From an uncultured bacterium (lineage in GTDB: Bacteria > UBP4 > UBA4092): a DNA stretch of 31,518 bases. Positions within the stretch are counted from its first letter, which is position 1; the number at the start of each line of letters is the position of its first letter. The notes under the pieces were generated by a model. The model made no database searches and was not told the DNA's origin. It was given only the letters and a program-made list of their open reading frames with translations. The stretch covers positions 372,001-403,518 of the forward strand of contig CAZXWN010000002.1 of the NCBI GenBank assembly GCA_964644695.1, written 5' to 3'. Shown one piece after another: positions 8,904 to 17,302 of the stretch. The position numbers and the translations under genes are program-made.

Positions 8904-10205
8904 ATGAAAAAGTATATTTTGATCAGTATAGTGTTATTGTGTTTTTTTGTTCTATCTGGTTGTTCTGGAAATAAGGAAGCAGAGGGAAAAACAAAGATTA
9001 CATTTATGTTCTGGGGTGCCCCCGGGGAAAAAACAGCTGTAGAAAATTATATTAAGATGTTCAGCAAAACTCACCCTGATGTCTATGTTGATATGATCCA
9101 CAAGCCGGCGGGACAATATAGCGATGTGCTTCAAACTATGATTGCAGGAAATAATGCTCCGGATGTGATGTATGTGGGAATGGAGTATTTCCCGTTTTAC
9201 ACATCAAAAGGTGCTTTTTTAAATTTAGACCCAGTAATTGCAGCTGATACAGCTTTTAATATAAATGACTTCTATCCGGAAGTTGTGAAGCCATTCAAAT
9301 ACAAGGAAAATCTTTATGGAATACCCAAGGACTGTGCCACTTTAATGCTTTACTACAATAAAGATTTATTTGATAAAGCAGGTGTTGAATACCCAAATTC
9401 CAATTGGACCTGGAAAGATTTTAGAAATGCTGCAGAGAAACTCACTAAGGATAATAATGGCGATGGAAAGATTGATCAATACGGGTTTGTTGTGGAATCA
9501 TGGATTGGTATGTGGCAGCCTTGGGTGTGGCAGAACGGTGGAGAAATAATGAACCAAGACAACACTAAATGGGTATTAGGTGATCCAAAATATATTAATC
9601 AAAATGTTGAAGCCCTACAATTTCTTTGGGATATGATATTTGGTGCTAAACCTGTTGCACCAGAACCATCGGTTACTGCTGATCGTTCTACGCCGGAGCT
9701 TTTTAAGACTGGAAATGTCGCTATGTGTGCCTATGGTCGTTGGATGTGCATGGATTTCAAGGATATTAAACATTTTAAATGGGATATGGCACCACTTCCT
9801 CAAAATAAGAAAAAAGCGACATCATTATTCACAGTCTGTTATGCTGTTTCTGCAAAAACAAAACACCAGAAAGAATCATGGGAACTAGTTAAATATCTGA
9901 CAGGTCCAGATGGGCAAATTGCAATAGCTGAAGCTGGGCATGCTATCCCCTCTATGATTAAATATGGTGAGTCTGATCATTTCCTCAAAGCTCCAGTTCT
10001 TCCTACGAATTTAAACAATCGTGCAAACTTGGATGGGATTCCTTACGCAAGACCAATTCCATGTAATCCTGCTTTTAAAGAAATGGATGCAGTGATGACT
10101 CGGGATCTACAGTTGATGTGGAATGGAAAGATGAAACCGAGAGAAGCTGTCACAGCTCTTCAGCCCAAAATGGAGAAAATTCTTAAAGATAACAATATTC
10201 AGTAA
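8904..10205 (+). CDS. Sugar ABC transporter substrate-binding lipoprotein (SBP family 1), paralog B
   Basis: Colinear with paralog A over its whole length. LSGC lipobox, SD AAGGAG and DNNGDGKID loop. Confidence 0.92.
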   Translation: MKKYILISIVLLCFFVLSGCSGNKEAEGKTKITFMFWGAPGEKTAVENYIKMFSKTHPDVYVDMIHKPAGQYSDVLQTMIAGNNAPDVMYVGMEYFPFYTSKGAFLNLDPVIAADTAFNINDFYPEVVKPFKYKENLYGIPKDCATLMLYYNKDLFDKAGVEYPNSNWTWKDFRNAAEKLTKDNNGDGKIDQYGFVVESWIGMWQPWVWQNGGEIMNQDNTKWVLGDPKYINQNVEALQFLWDMIFGAKPVAPEPSVTADRSTPELFKTGNVAMCAYGRWMCMDFKDIKHFKWDMAPLPQNKKKATSLFTVCYAVSAKTKHQKESWELVKYLTGPDGQIAIAEAGHAIPSMIKYGESDHFLKAPVLPTNLNNRANLDGIPYARPIPCNPAFKEMDAVMTRDLQLMWNGKMKPREAVTALQPKMEKILKDNNIQ

Positions 10206-10225
10206 TCCTTTAAATTAGTTATAAG

Positions 10226-10268
10226 AAACAACCCCGACTCTTCTTATTCATGAAAGCCGGGGTTGTTT
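10226..10268. terminator. Likely bidirectional terminator between convergent genes
   Basis: AAACAACCCCG...CGGGGTTGTTT inverted repeat (11 bp arms) flanked by A/T-rich sequence. Confidence 0.75.
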
Positions 10269-10286
10269 AATTAATAAACTAGTAAT

Positions 10287-10586
10287 CTAAACAGTTGAAG
10301 ATTTCATAAGAGTTACATTTTCTGTCCGTGCATTGAATTGACGCATAAATTCCTGCACACTCGGAGATATTGCAATCATCATTAACGACATTTCATTAGC
10401 CAAATCAATATCAGCAATATATGAGTGGGAGAAGGATCCTTGCATCACCGTATTAATTCTATGAATCGCTGGGGGTTGACTGCTTTTTAGGACATCGGCT
10501 GCTTTGGGAAGTTCTTGTTTAATCCATGACTCAAAAGCAGCCGGATCTTCAGTGGATTTTAGATTGAAAAGGATATACATACGCAT
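10287..10586 (-). CDS. Small dimeric alpha+beta barrel protein (REDY-like/HapK or EthD-like)
   Basis: 99 aa with SD GGAG. The pattern ILFNLK..EDPAAFESW...ELP...SYIADID resembles REDY-like/HapK proteins (recognised by eye). Confidence 0.6.
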   Translation of the reverse strand: MRMYILFNLKSTEDPAAFESWIKQELPKAADVLKSSQPPAIHRINTVMQGSFSHSYIADIDLANEMSLMMIAISPSVQEFMRQFNARTENVTLMKSSTV

Positions 10587-10658
10587 AAAGAGTCTCCATA
10601 TTTAAAATTATTACTTGATAACCATACCATATTATCTTACTCAAATTAAATGAATATG

Positions 10659-10667
10659 TGCTAAAAT
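10659..10667 (+). promoter_or_regulatory. Extended -10 promoter for amrB-amrA
   Basis: TGcTAAAAT upstream of the GGAGGT SD at 10702-10707. Confidence 0.4.
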
Positions 10668-10714
10668 GCGCTCATCAACCATATCTAGGTATAGTCGGGT
10701 CGGAGGTGTTATCT

Positions 10715-11581
10715 ATGCAAGAAGATTTAGGTCCCCACTTACGGCATCCAGCTGTTGCTGGCACATTCTATCCATCTGGACCTCAAGATTTGTCACAAAT
10801 GGTTTGTCAGTTCATTGCGAAAGCTGTCGTTCCTGCTCCTGAGGGAGATGTTCTTAGTTTAATTGTTCCTCATGCCGGATATGTTTTTTCAGGTCAAGTT
10901 GCTGCTTTTGCATATCGTTTTATAGAAGATATTCGTTATGATTCTGTTATTTTAATTGGTTTGTGTCATCATGGACTAAAGGATGTGTCGATATTTAGTT
11001 CTGGCCAATTTATTACACCTTTAGGTGCAGTACCTGTTGATGAGGAGTTGGTTGGTGAGATTACAAATCACTGCCCACGTTTGATTACAGATAATCCCTT
11101 TTCACATCGTAATGAACATTCCTTAGAAGTCCAGATACCTTTTCTTCAAACAATATGGGCGCATCCTTTTTCTATTGTTCCCATATTGGTTGATGATGAT
11201 TTATTTGTTGAACCACTTGCAGAGGCAGTATCTCATGCTGTGAAAAATACCTTAAAAAAAGTGTTAATCATTGCTAGCACGGATTTGAGTCATTACCCAT
11301 CCTATGAAACAGCCGTTCAGGTAGATCGTGAATCCATTGAGGCAATCAAGAAAATGGATTTTGTAGAAATGGATCAGGTAGAACGAAAATGGTTAGGTAA
11401 GGGGATTATGAATTTGCATTGCACAGTTTGTAGCACTGCTGCAGTAAAAACTGTTTTGAAAGCATCACAACAATTAGGTGCAAAAACAGTGAAATTATTA
11501 GATTATGCTAATTCTGGTGATGTGCCGATTGGAGAAAAAGACCAGGTAGTGGGATATGCATCTATTGCCGTAATGAAATAA
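10715..11581 (+). CDS. amrB: AmmeMemoRadiSam system protein B (MEMO1 family)
   Basis: RHPAVAGTFYP, IVPHAGYVFSG, EHSLEVQIPFLQ, ASTDLSHY and YANSGDV...VVGYAS. Start ATG 10715 follows GGAGGT. Confidence 0.92.
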   Translation: MQEDLGPHLRHPAVAGTFYPSGPQDLSQMVCQFIAKAVVPAPEGDVLSLIVPHAGYVFSGQVAAFAYRFIEDIRYDSVILIGLCHHGLKDVSIFSSGQFITPLGAVPVDEELVGEITNHCPRLITDNPFSHRNEHSLEVQIPFLQTIWAHPFSIVPILVDDDLFVEPLAEAVSHAVKNTLKKVLIIASTDLSHYPSYETAVQVDRESIEAIKKMDFVEMDQVERKWLGKGIMNLHCTVCSTAAVKTVLKASQQLGAKTVKLLDYANSGDVPIGEKDQVVGYASIAVMK

Positions 11582-11618
11582 ATCAATATTTTAGTCAGAT
11601 CTCAACAGGGGAGAAATA

Positions 11619-12176
11619 ATGGCTGGAAGTGATTTTTTTACTGATTCCGAAAAGAAGGAATTATTAAGTATTGCACGCATGTCATTGGTAGAATGCGTAA
11701 ATGGAAGGTCTGTGGATACGATCGTTTCTGAAAATCCTAAACTACAGGATCTATTAGGTGCATTTGTAACATTAACTCAACACGATGATCTGAGAGGTTG
11801 TATAGGTAATTTTGAGCCTGAAAATCCTTTATGGAAAGTTGTGAGGGATATGGCAATGGAGGCCGCTTTACATGATCCCCGCTTCATGCCTCTGCAACCC
11901 GATGAATTGGATAGAACCGATATAGAAATATCAGTACTTACACCACGCGTAAAAATACATGGTCCCGATGAAGTTATAGTTGGTAAGCATGGTCTCTATA
12001 TATCCAGAGGATGGCATGGAGGGACTTTACTTCCCCAAGTTGCGCTCGAATGGGGTTGGAATCGTGAAGAGTTTTTATCTCAAACTTGCATCAAAGCTGG
12101 TTTGCCTCCAGATATATGGAAAGATCCCAAAACTGATATCTGGATATATACAGCAGTAATTTTTCATGAAGACTAG
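11619..12176 (+). CDS. amrA: AmmeMemoRadiSam system protein A (AMMECR1 family)
   Basis: GAFVTL, LRGCIG, AALHDPRF, EISVLT, LLPQVA and CIKAGL. Confidence 0.95.
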   Translation: MAGSDFFTDSEKKELLSIARMSLVECVNGRSVDTIVSENPKLQDLLGAFVTLTQHDDLRGCIGNFEPENPLWKVVRDMAMEAALHDPRFMPLQPDELDRTDIEISVLTPRVKIHGPDEVIVGKHGLYISRGWHGGTLLPQVALEWGWNREEFLSQTCIKAGLPPDIWKDPKTDIWIYTAVIFHED

Positions 12177-12197
12177 AATAGTCTTCTTTGTGCTAAG

Positions 12198-12226
12198 GTG
12201 AAAGTACCTGAGTTTTAGGTTAAAAT
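12198..12226 (+). promoter_or_regulatory. sigma70-type promoter for glyQ
   Basis: GTGAAA, 17 bp spacer, TAAAAT. Confidence 0.4.
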
Positions 12227-12264
12227 GTAGATTCTTATTAATCACTTATTGGTATTGGAAAATT

Positions 12265-13137
12265 ATGAATTTTCAAAATATTATTCTTTCATTACAAACT
12301 TATTGGGCTGAACAGGGATGTATTTTGCAACAGTCAACTGGAATAGAAGTTGGTGCAGGAACCTTTAATCCTGCAACCTTTCTAAGATCTCTTGGACCAG
12401 AACCTTGGAAAGTGGCGTATGTAGAACCCTCTCGGCGCCCCACGGATGGTCGTTATGGAGAAAATCCAAATCGGCTACAGCATTACTATCAATTCCAAGT
12501 TATTATGAAGCCCCCACCGGCGGATATTCAATCCTTATATTTAAAATCATTGGAACGGTTGGGGATTAATTTGTTAGAACATGATATACGGTTTGTAGAA
12601 GATGACTGGGAGTCTCCAACATTAGGTGCTGCAGGACTGGGTTGGGAAGTCTGGCTGGATGGTATGGAAATAACTCAGTATACTTATTTTCAACAAATTG
12701 GGGGTATACCTGTTAATCCTATTTGTTGTGAAATAACGTATGGTCTTGAGCGTATAGCAATGTATATTCAGGGTAAAAATAGTGTTTACGATATTGATTG
12801 GTTGGATAACATTAAATATGGAGATATTCACCATCAAAGTGAAGTGGAAGGTTCAAAATATAACTTTGAATGTGCAAATGTAGAAATGTTGTTGGATATG
12901 TTCAATAAGTTTGAAGCTGAAGCTAAAAATCTCTTGGAGGCTGGTTTGGTTTTACCTCCTTACGAATATACACTTAAATGTTCACATACCTTTAACTTAC
13001 TGGATGCTCGTGGTGCTATATCTGTTACCGAGCGGACACGATATATTGGGCGTGTCCGTAATTTAGCACGAGCTTGTGCAAAGGCCTATCTGGCACAACG
13101 TGAGGAAATGGGCTATCCTTTGTTGCATAAATGGTGA
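12265..13137 (+). CDS. glyQ: Glycine--tRNA ligase alpha subunit
   Basis: [57 protein letters not shown] and [21 protein letters not shown]. Confidence 0.98.
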   Translation: MNFQNIILSLQTYWAEQGCILQQSTGIEVGAGTFNPATFLRSLGPEPWKVAYVEPSRRPTDGRYGENPNRLQHYYQFQVIMKPPPADIQSLYLKSLERLGINLLEHDIRFVEDDWESPTLGAAGLGWEVWLDGMEITQYTYFQQIGGIPVNPICCEITYGLERIAMYIQGKNSVYDIDWLDNIKYGDIHHQSEVEGSKYNFECANVEMLLDMFNKFEAEAKNLLEAGLVLPPYEYTLKCSHTFNLLDARGAISVTERTRYIGRVRNLARACAKAYLAQREEMGYPLLHKW

Positions 13138-13168
13138 TTTATAAAATAATGTGGAATGTGGAAGATTG

Positions 13169-14194
13169 ATGTTCAAACATCTTCGTTCACCAGATTTTAA
13201 AAGACTAACAAAAGCCTTATCAGGGGGGCAGCCAGATGCTGTTCCCCTGATTGAGTTAGGGATTCACTCCAAAATTAAGCAATCAATTATGGGGAAGCCA
13301 GTGATAACTATTGAGGATGAGATCTCCTTCATGTCTTCAATGGGATATGACTTTGTTAAAATTCAACCACACTTTCGATTGAAGTCAGGAATAACTGATA
13401 AACAAAATACTCTTCAGAATGGTGACAGAATTTGGGCTTCTGTTCATAGTGGTTTAATTAAAACACTGGATGATGTAGAAAGATTTCCTTGGCCCAAATT
13501 AGAAGAAATAAGTTATGCACGATTTGAAGAAGCATTTAAAGTGTTGCCCGATGGGATAGGTGTTATTGGACAGTATGGAGATATTTTTACACTGGCGTGG
13601 GAGTTGATGGGTTTTGAATCTTTTGCTATTGCTTCATATGAAGATCCCCTAGTGATTAAATCTTTGATTGATAAAATTGGATCTATAAATTTATCAATGT
13701 TTGAAACGATGGCATCAATGGATAAGGTAGGTGCTCTTTGGTATTCAGATGATTTGGCCTATTCTTCAGGATTATTAATGAGTCCCTCTTTTTATCGTGA
13801 ATATCTATTTCCGTGGGTGAAAAAAATTGGGGATTTGGCGAAAAAAAGGAATATCCCCTTTATTTATCACAGTGATGGTTTGTTATATCCAATTATTGAT
13901 GATTTGATAGGTTGTGGAGTAACATCGTTACATCCAATAGAGCCAAAAGCTATGGTCTTAAAGGAAGTCAAAGAAAGGTACCGTAATCGCTTGTCTATTT
14001 GTGGAAATATAGAACTGGACACGTTGTGTCAGGGTACTGAAGATGAGGTCCGTCAATTAGTTTTTGATGCTTTGCGAAATGGTGCCCCTGGGGGAGGGTT
14101 TTGTCTGGGATCGAGTAATTCTATCCCTGATTATGTGAATCCCCAAAATTATCTGGTTATGGTGGAAACTGCTTTGGAAAATGGCTGGTACTAG
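13169..14194 (+). CDS. Uroporphyrinogen decarboxylase (URO-D)/MtbA-superfamily protein of unknown function
   Basis: PDAVPLIEL, AWELMGFESF, SDDLAY..GLLMSP, YHSDG, LHPIEP, GNIE and GGGFCLGSSNSIP. Start uncertain (13151 GTG or 13169 ATG). Confidence 0.85.
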   Translation: MFKHLRSPDFKRLTKALSGGQPDAVPLIELGIHSKIKQSIMGKPVITIEDEISFMSSMGYDFVKIQPHFRLKSGITDKQNTLQNGDRIWASVHSGLIKTLDDVERFPWPKLEEISYARFEEAFKVLPDGIGVIGQYGDIFTLAWELMGFESFAIASYEDPLVIKSLIDKIGSINLSMFETMASMDKVGALWYSDDLAYSSGLLMSPSFYREYLFPWVKKIGDLAKKRNIPFIYHSDGLLYPIIDDLIGCGVTSLHPIEPKAMVLKEVKERYRNRLSICGNIELDTLCQGTEDEVRQLVFDALRNGAPGGGFCLGSSNSIPDYVNPQNYLVMVETALENGWY

Positions 14195-14198
14195 TTTT

Positions 14199-15488
14199 TT
14201 AGTTTAGATGATTATATATAGTATTGAGAGTCCTTTTTACGGCACCTGCATTTGCTGTTACAGCCGATGCAGCTTTTTCACCTAAACGAATAGATTCTTT
14301 ATTTGATTTAAGGAGTTTAGTGACTTCCTTCGCTAATTCTTGAGCATTTTGTACTTGAATTCCCCCACCAGATTCCAATAAGAGTTGAGCTGACTCCCTG
14401 AAATTATTCATAAAAGGTCCAAAAAGAACGGGCTTTTTCAACGCCGCTGGTTCAAGTACATTGTGACCTCCTTTACTAACAAGACTCCCTCCTATAAAGG
14501 CAACATCTGCCAGCATGAAAATATTCATTAGTTCGCCGACCGTATCGACTAGAATAATTGGATTATTTTTAATGCTGTTAGATGTTAAAGAGCTACGTCT
14601 GACTGAAGTAAAACCGTATTCCTGAATAATCTTTTCAACCTCATTTGCGCGTTCTGGATGTCGTGGGACTAAAATGAGCCGAGTCATGGAGTGTAAATTA
14701 AGGATATTTTTATAGGCTTCTAGTATTTGTTCTTCTTCCCCAGGATGAGTAGAGCCAGCAACAAAAACTGGGGTACTTGTATCATTGAGACCAAATATTG
14801 CTCGCCACTGATACAACTCTTCATTGGATAAATGCGGGGGCGTAATATCAAACTTGATATTTCCTGTTATTTGTACTTGCTTTTGAGGTGCTCCAATGGA
14901 TAGCATACGTTCTGCATCTACATTGGACTGCATTAACAGGTAAGTGACACTGGATGTGACTTTGGCCATAAACGGTTTCACCTTACGGTACCGATGAACA
15001 GATTTATCCGAGAGTCGGCCATTAATCAGGATAGATGGTATTTTTGATTTGTTACATTCTCTGAGGAAGTTGGGCCATAGTTCAGTTTCCATAATCATTA
15101 CTAGTTGTGGCTGAAACAGATGTAATGCTTTTTTTACTATCCATGGAAAGTCCAGGGGGAAATAAATTATCCCATCAAAATATTTCTCATTTTGTTGTGC
15201 AATCTGATTTCCGGTAACAGTAACAGTTGATATTAATATCGGCACTTCTGGGTGTTGGGCTTTCAACTGTTTTACTATCAGGAGGGCAGCCATAGTTTCT
15301 CCAACGGAAACAGCATGAAGCCAAATGGGTCGTTTGCCTTGAAGTCTATGAACTAACTCCAGTGGATAATATCCCAATCTCTGTGCAAAGTTTGCACGGT
15401 ATTTCGGAGTAAAGAGGATAAGCCCCAACCAGTAAGGCCAACTAATTAATACTCCAAAAATTAAAATCAGATTATAAAGGAAATACAT
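14199..15488 (-). CDS. waaA: 3-deoxy-D-manno-octulosonic acid (Kdo) transferase
   Basis: IWLHAVSVGE, ETELWPN, NGRLS, TGNIKFD, AGSTHPGEE, VPRHPER, DTVGEL and GGHNVLEPA. Confidence 0.96.
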   Translation of the reverse strand: MYFLYNLILIFGVLISWPYWLGLILFTPKYRANFAQRLGYYPLELVHRLQGKRPIWLHAVSVGETMAALLIVKQLKAQHPEVPILISTVTVTGNQIAQQNEKYFDGIIYFPLDFPWIVKKALHLFQPQLVMIMETELWPNFLRECNKSKIPSILINGRLSDKSVHRYRKVKPFMAKVTSSVTYLLMQSNVDAERMLSIGAPQKQVQITGNIKFDITPPHLSNEELYQWRAIFGLNDTSTPVFVAGSTHPGEEEQILEAYKNILNLHSMTRLILVPRHPERANEVEKIIQEYGFTSVRRSSLTSNSIKNNPIILVDTVGELMNIFMLADVAFIGGSLVSKGGHNVLEPAALKKPVLFGPFMNNFRESAQLLLESGGGIQVQNAQELAKEVTKLLKSNKESIRLGEKAASAVTANAGAVKRTLNTIYNHLN

Positions 15489-15500
15489 GGTTTAATTTAA

Positions 15501-16349
15501 CTAAACTTTGTCAGACAATCCGCTTTTCTTCGGATTTAAAAGGGATTTGGCAAATTTACGACGGCGTGGACATATCCCACATTCTGGATTTTTACATAAA
15601 AGGAATAACGGGTCTTCCTTGAGAATGTGAAGAACGATATCGACTACATTTTCCGCTTTCATGACTTGCATTACGGTATTGCCGATAGGGGCTATCTGAA
15701 CAATTCCCCTTTTCTGCAATACGGATTCTAATTTCACAAAACCTTCTGAGCAACCTGGAACTTCTGATATCTCAATTTCAACGATTTTCCCATTATCATC
15801 GTATTGGCGTGCAATATCTATTCCTGTTTTATTGTTGGACCAGGGAATTGAAAGATATGGTAGCTTTGCCAAAACTTCACATGTATGAATGAGAGGATTC
15901 CTATTCATTCCTACTCCGAGCAATACTACCAGTCCACCCATTTGCGATAGTTTGTGATAAGGCGTTCCTTTACCAAGAGGCGTGCATTTGTGATGATCCT
16001 TGGCTAATTCACGTGCAAAGAAACCTAATGTAGCAGTTGAGTGAGTAGGGTGGTAGCTTCGAACAGCTCCCGGCCATAATCTGACAGCTTCTGTGATTTC
16101 TCCACATAGTGAAGGCGTCATCACAGGATTAAAAGGTGGAAAGTTAGACCATTGTTTTAGTGAGTAAGTAAATGTGGGAACCAAGAGAGTACCACGGTCC
16201 CCAACAACTTCAACAAATGCCTCAACGACGGTTTTGGCTCCGCCGCTAACTTGTCCCATTGAGGATAAAGATGAATTAAGAGCGATTACATCACCACGGT
16301 GAATCCCTGCCTGTAAAATTGCTTCGATAATCTGCTCTTTAGTTATCAT
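15501..16349 (-). CDS. AAC(3)/YokD-family N-acetyltransferase
   Basis: SSLSSMGQVSGGA, GTLLVPTFT, VRSYHPTHS, LLGVG and HTCE. C-terminal CxxxxCxxC cluster. Confidence 0.88.
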   Translation of the reverse strand: MITKEQIIEAILQAGIHRGDVIALNSSLSSMGQVSGGAKTVVEAFVEVVGDRGTLLVPTFTYSLKQWSNFPPFNPVMTPSLCGEITEAVRLWPGAVRSYHPTHSTATLGFFARELAKDHHKCTPLGKGTPYHKLSQMGGLVVLLGVGMNRNPLIHTCEVLAKLPYLSIPWSNNKTGIDIARQYDDNGKIVEIEISEVPGCSEGFVKLESVLQKRGIVQIAPIGNTVMQVMKAENVVDIVLHILKEDPLFLLCKNPECGICPRRRKFAKSLLNPKKSGLSDKV

Positions 16350-16360
16350 CCAGTCTCCAG

Positions 16361-17062
16361 TTAAAATTTACCCCGAACAGCATTAGCAAACCGTTCGGTG
16401 ATCATGATGGGGCGTGTAATGGCTGACCCAATAACAACGGCATAGGCGCCTCTTTCCATGGCTTTCCATGCTTCTTTGGGTTCCCAGATTTTGCCTTCAG
16501 CAATAACGGGTATCTGGAGTTTCTTAGATAATTTCTTAATTAGTCCAAAATCAGGGGTTTTATCTTGTCGAGAGTAAGGAGTATATCCGGATAGAGTTGT
16601 ACCGACTAAATCGGCTCCTTCTTTTGCACACTGAATACCTTCCTCGTATGTGGAGATATCGGCCATTACTAAAATGCCAGGGAAATTCTTGTGGATATTT
16701 TCTGTGATTTCCTCAAACGTTTCACCATTTGGCCGTTTACGAGGTGTCCCATCAAGAGCCACAATATCTGAACCTGCTTTAATGACTTGCACAGCTGATT
16801 TGAATGTTGGGGTGATGATAACGGGAATTTTTGGGAAATCTAACTTATAGATTCCAAGTACAGGAATCTTTACTGCTTTTTTGATAGCTCTGATGTCTGT
16901 CGGGCCACTGGCACGGATGGCTACAGCTCCGGCCATTTCAGCACACTTGGCAAAAGCTGCCATAAATTTGGGACCATAACAAGGTTCACCAGGTTTGGCC
17001 TGACTTGAAACAATCAGACCGCCTTTAATTAAGTCGAGTGGGTTAATAATTTTGGTTGTCAT
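16361..17062 (-). CDS. nanE: N-acetylmannosamine-6-phosphate 2-epimerase
   Basis: GGLIVSSQA, GAVAIRA, PVLGIYK, ITPT, MADIST, GTTLSGYT, IAEG and VIGSAITRP. Confidence 0.93.
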   Translation of the reverse strand: MTTKIINPLDLIKGGLIVSSQAKPGEPCYGPKFMAAFAKCAEMAGAVAIRASGPTDIRAIKKAVKIPVLGIYKLDFPKIPVIITPTFKSAVQVIKAGSDIVALDGTPRKRPNGETFEEITENIHKNFPGILVMADISTYEEGIQCAKEGADLVGTTLSGYTPYSRQDKTPDFGLIKKLSKKLQIPVIAEGKIWEPKEAWKAMERGAYAVVIGSAITRPIMITERFANAVRGKF

Positions 17063-17071
17063 TATGTTATA

Positions 17072-17100
17072 AGGATACCCTAAAAAGGGTTGTTCTTCAA
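17072..17100 (-). promoter_or_regulatory. sigma70-type promoter for nanE-AAC(3)-waaA
   Basis: TTGAAG, 17 bp spacer, TATCCT, then 9 nt to ATG. No SD. Confidence 0.5.
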
Positions 17101-17302
17101 GTTGAGTTTAGCGCTTTCCTCTGTATCTCAACTATTGATAAAGAAATAGTTAGATGTCTATTTGTTAAGGAAAAAGGAGCTTTTTTCTGATTTAAAGAAC
17201 CAATTATTTTACAGTTTGATTAGGAGCATCTAACTTTATTCAGACGGGACTATTATAGAATGTTTAGATTATATTATTTACTCACGAATGATGGAGACTC
17301 TT

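Noticed and set aside
13169-14194. Calling the URO-D-family gene hemE
   Set aside because: It lacks the HemE N-terminal RQAGR motif and has no tetrapyrrole gene context.
15501-16349. AAC(3) gene as an acquired aminoglycoside resistance gene
   Set aside because: It sits in a housekeeping operon with no mobile context, and family membership alone does not show resistance.
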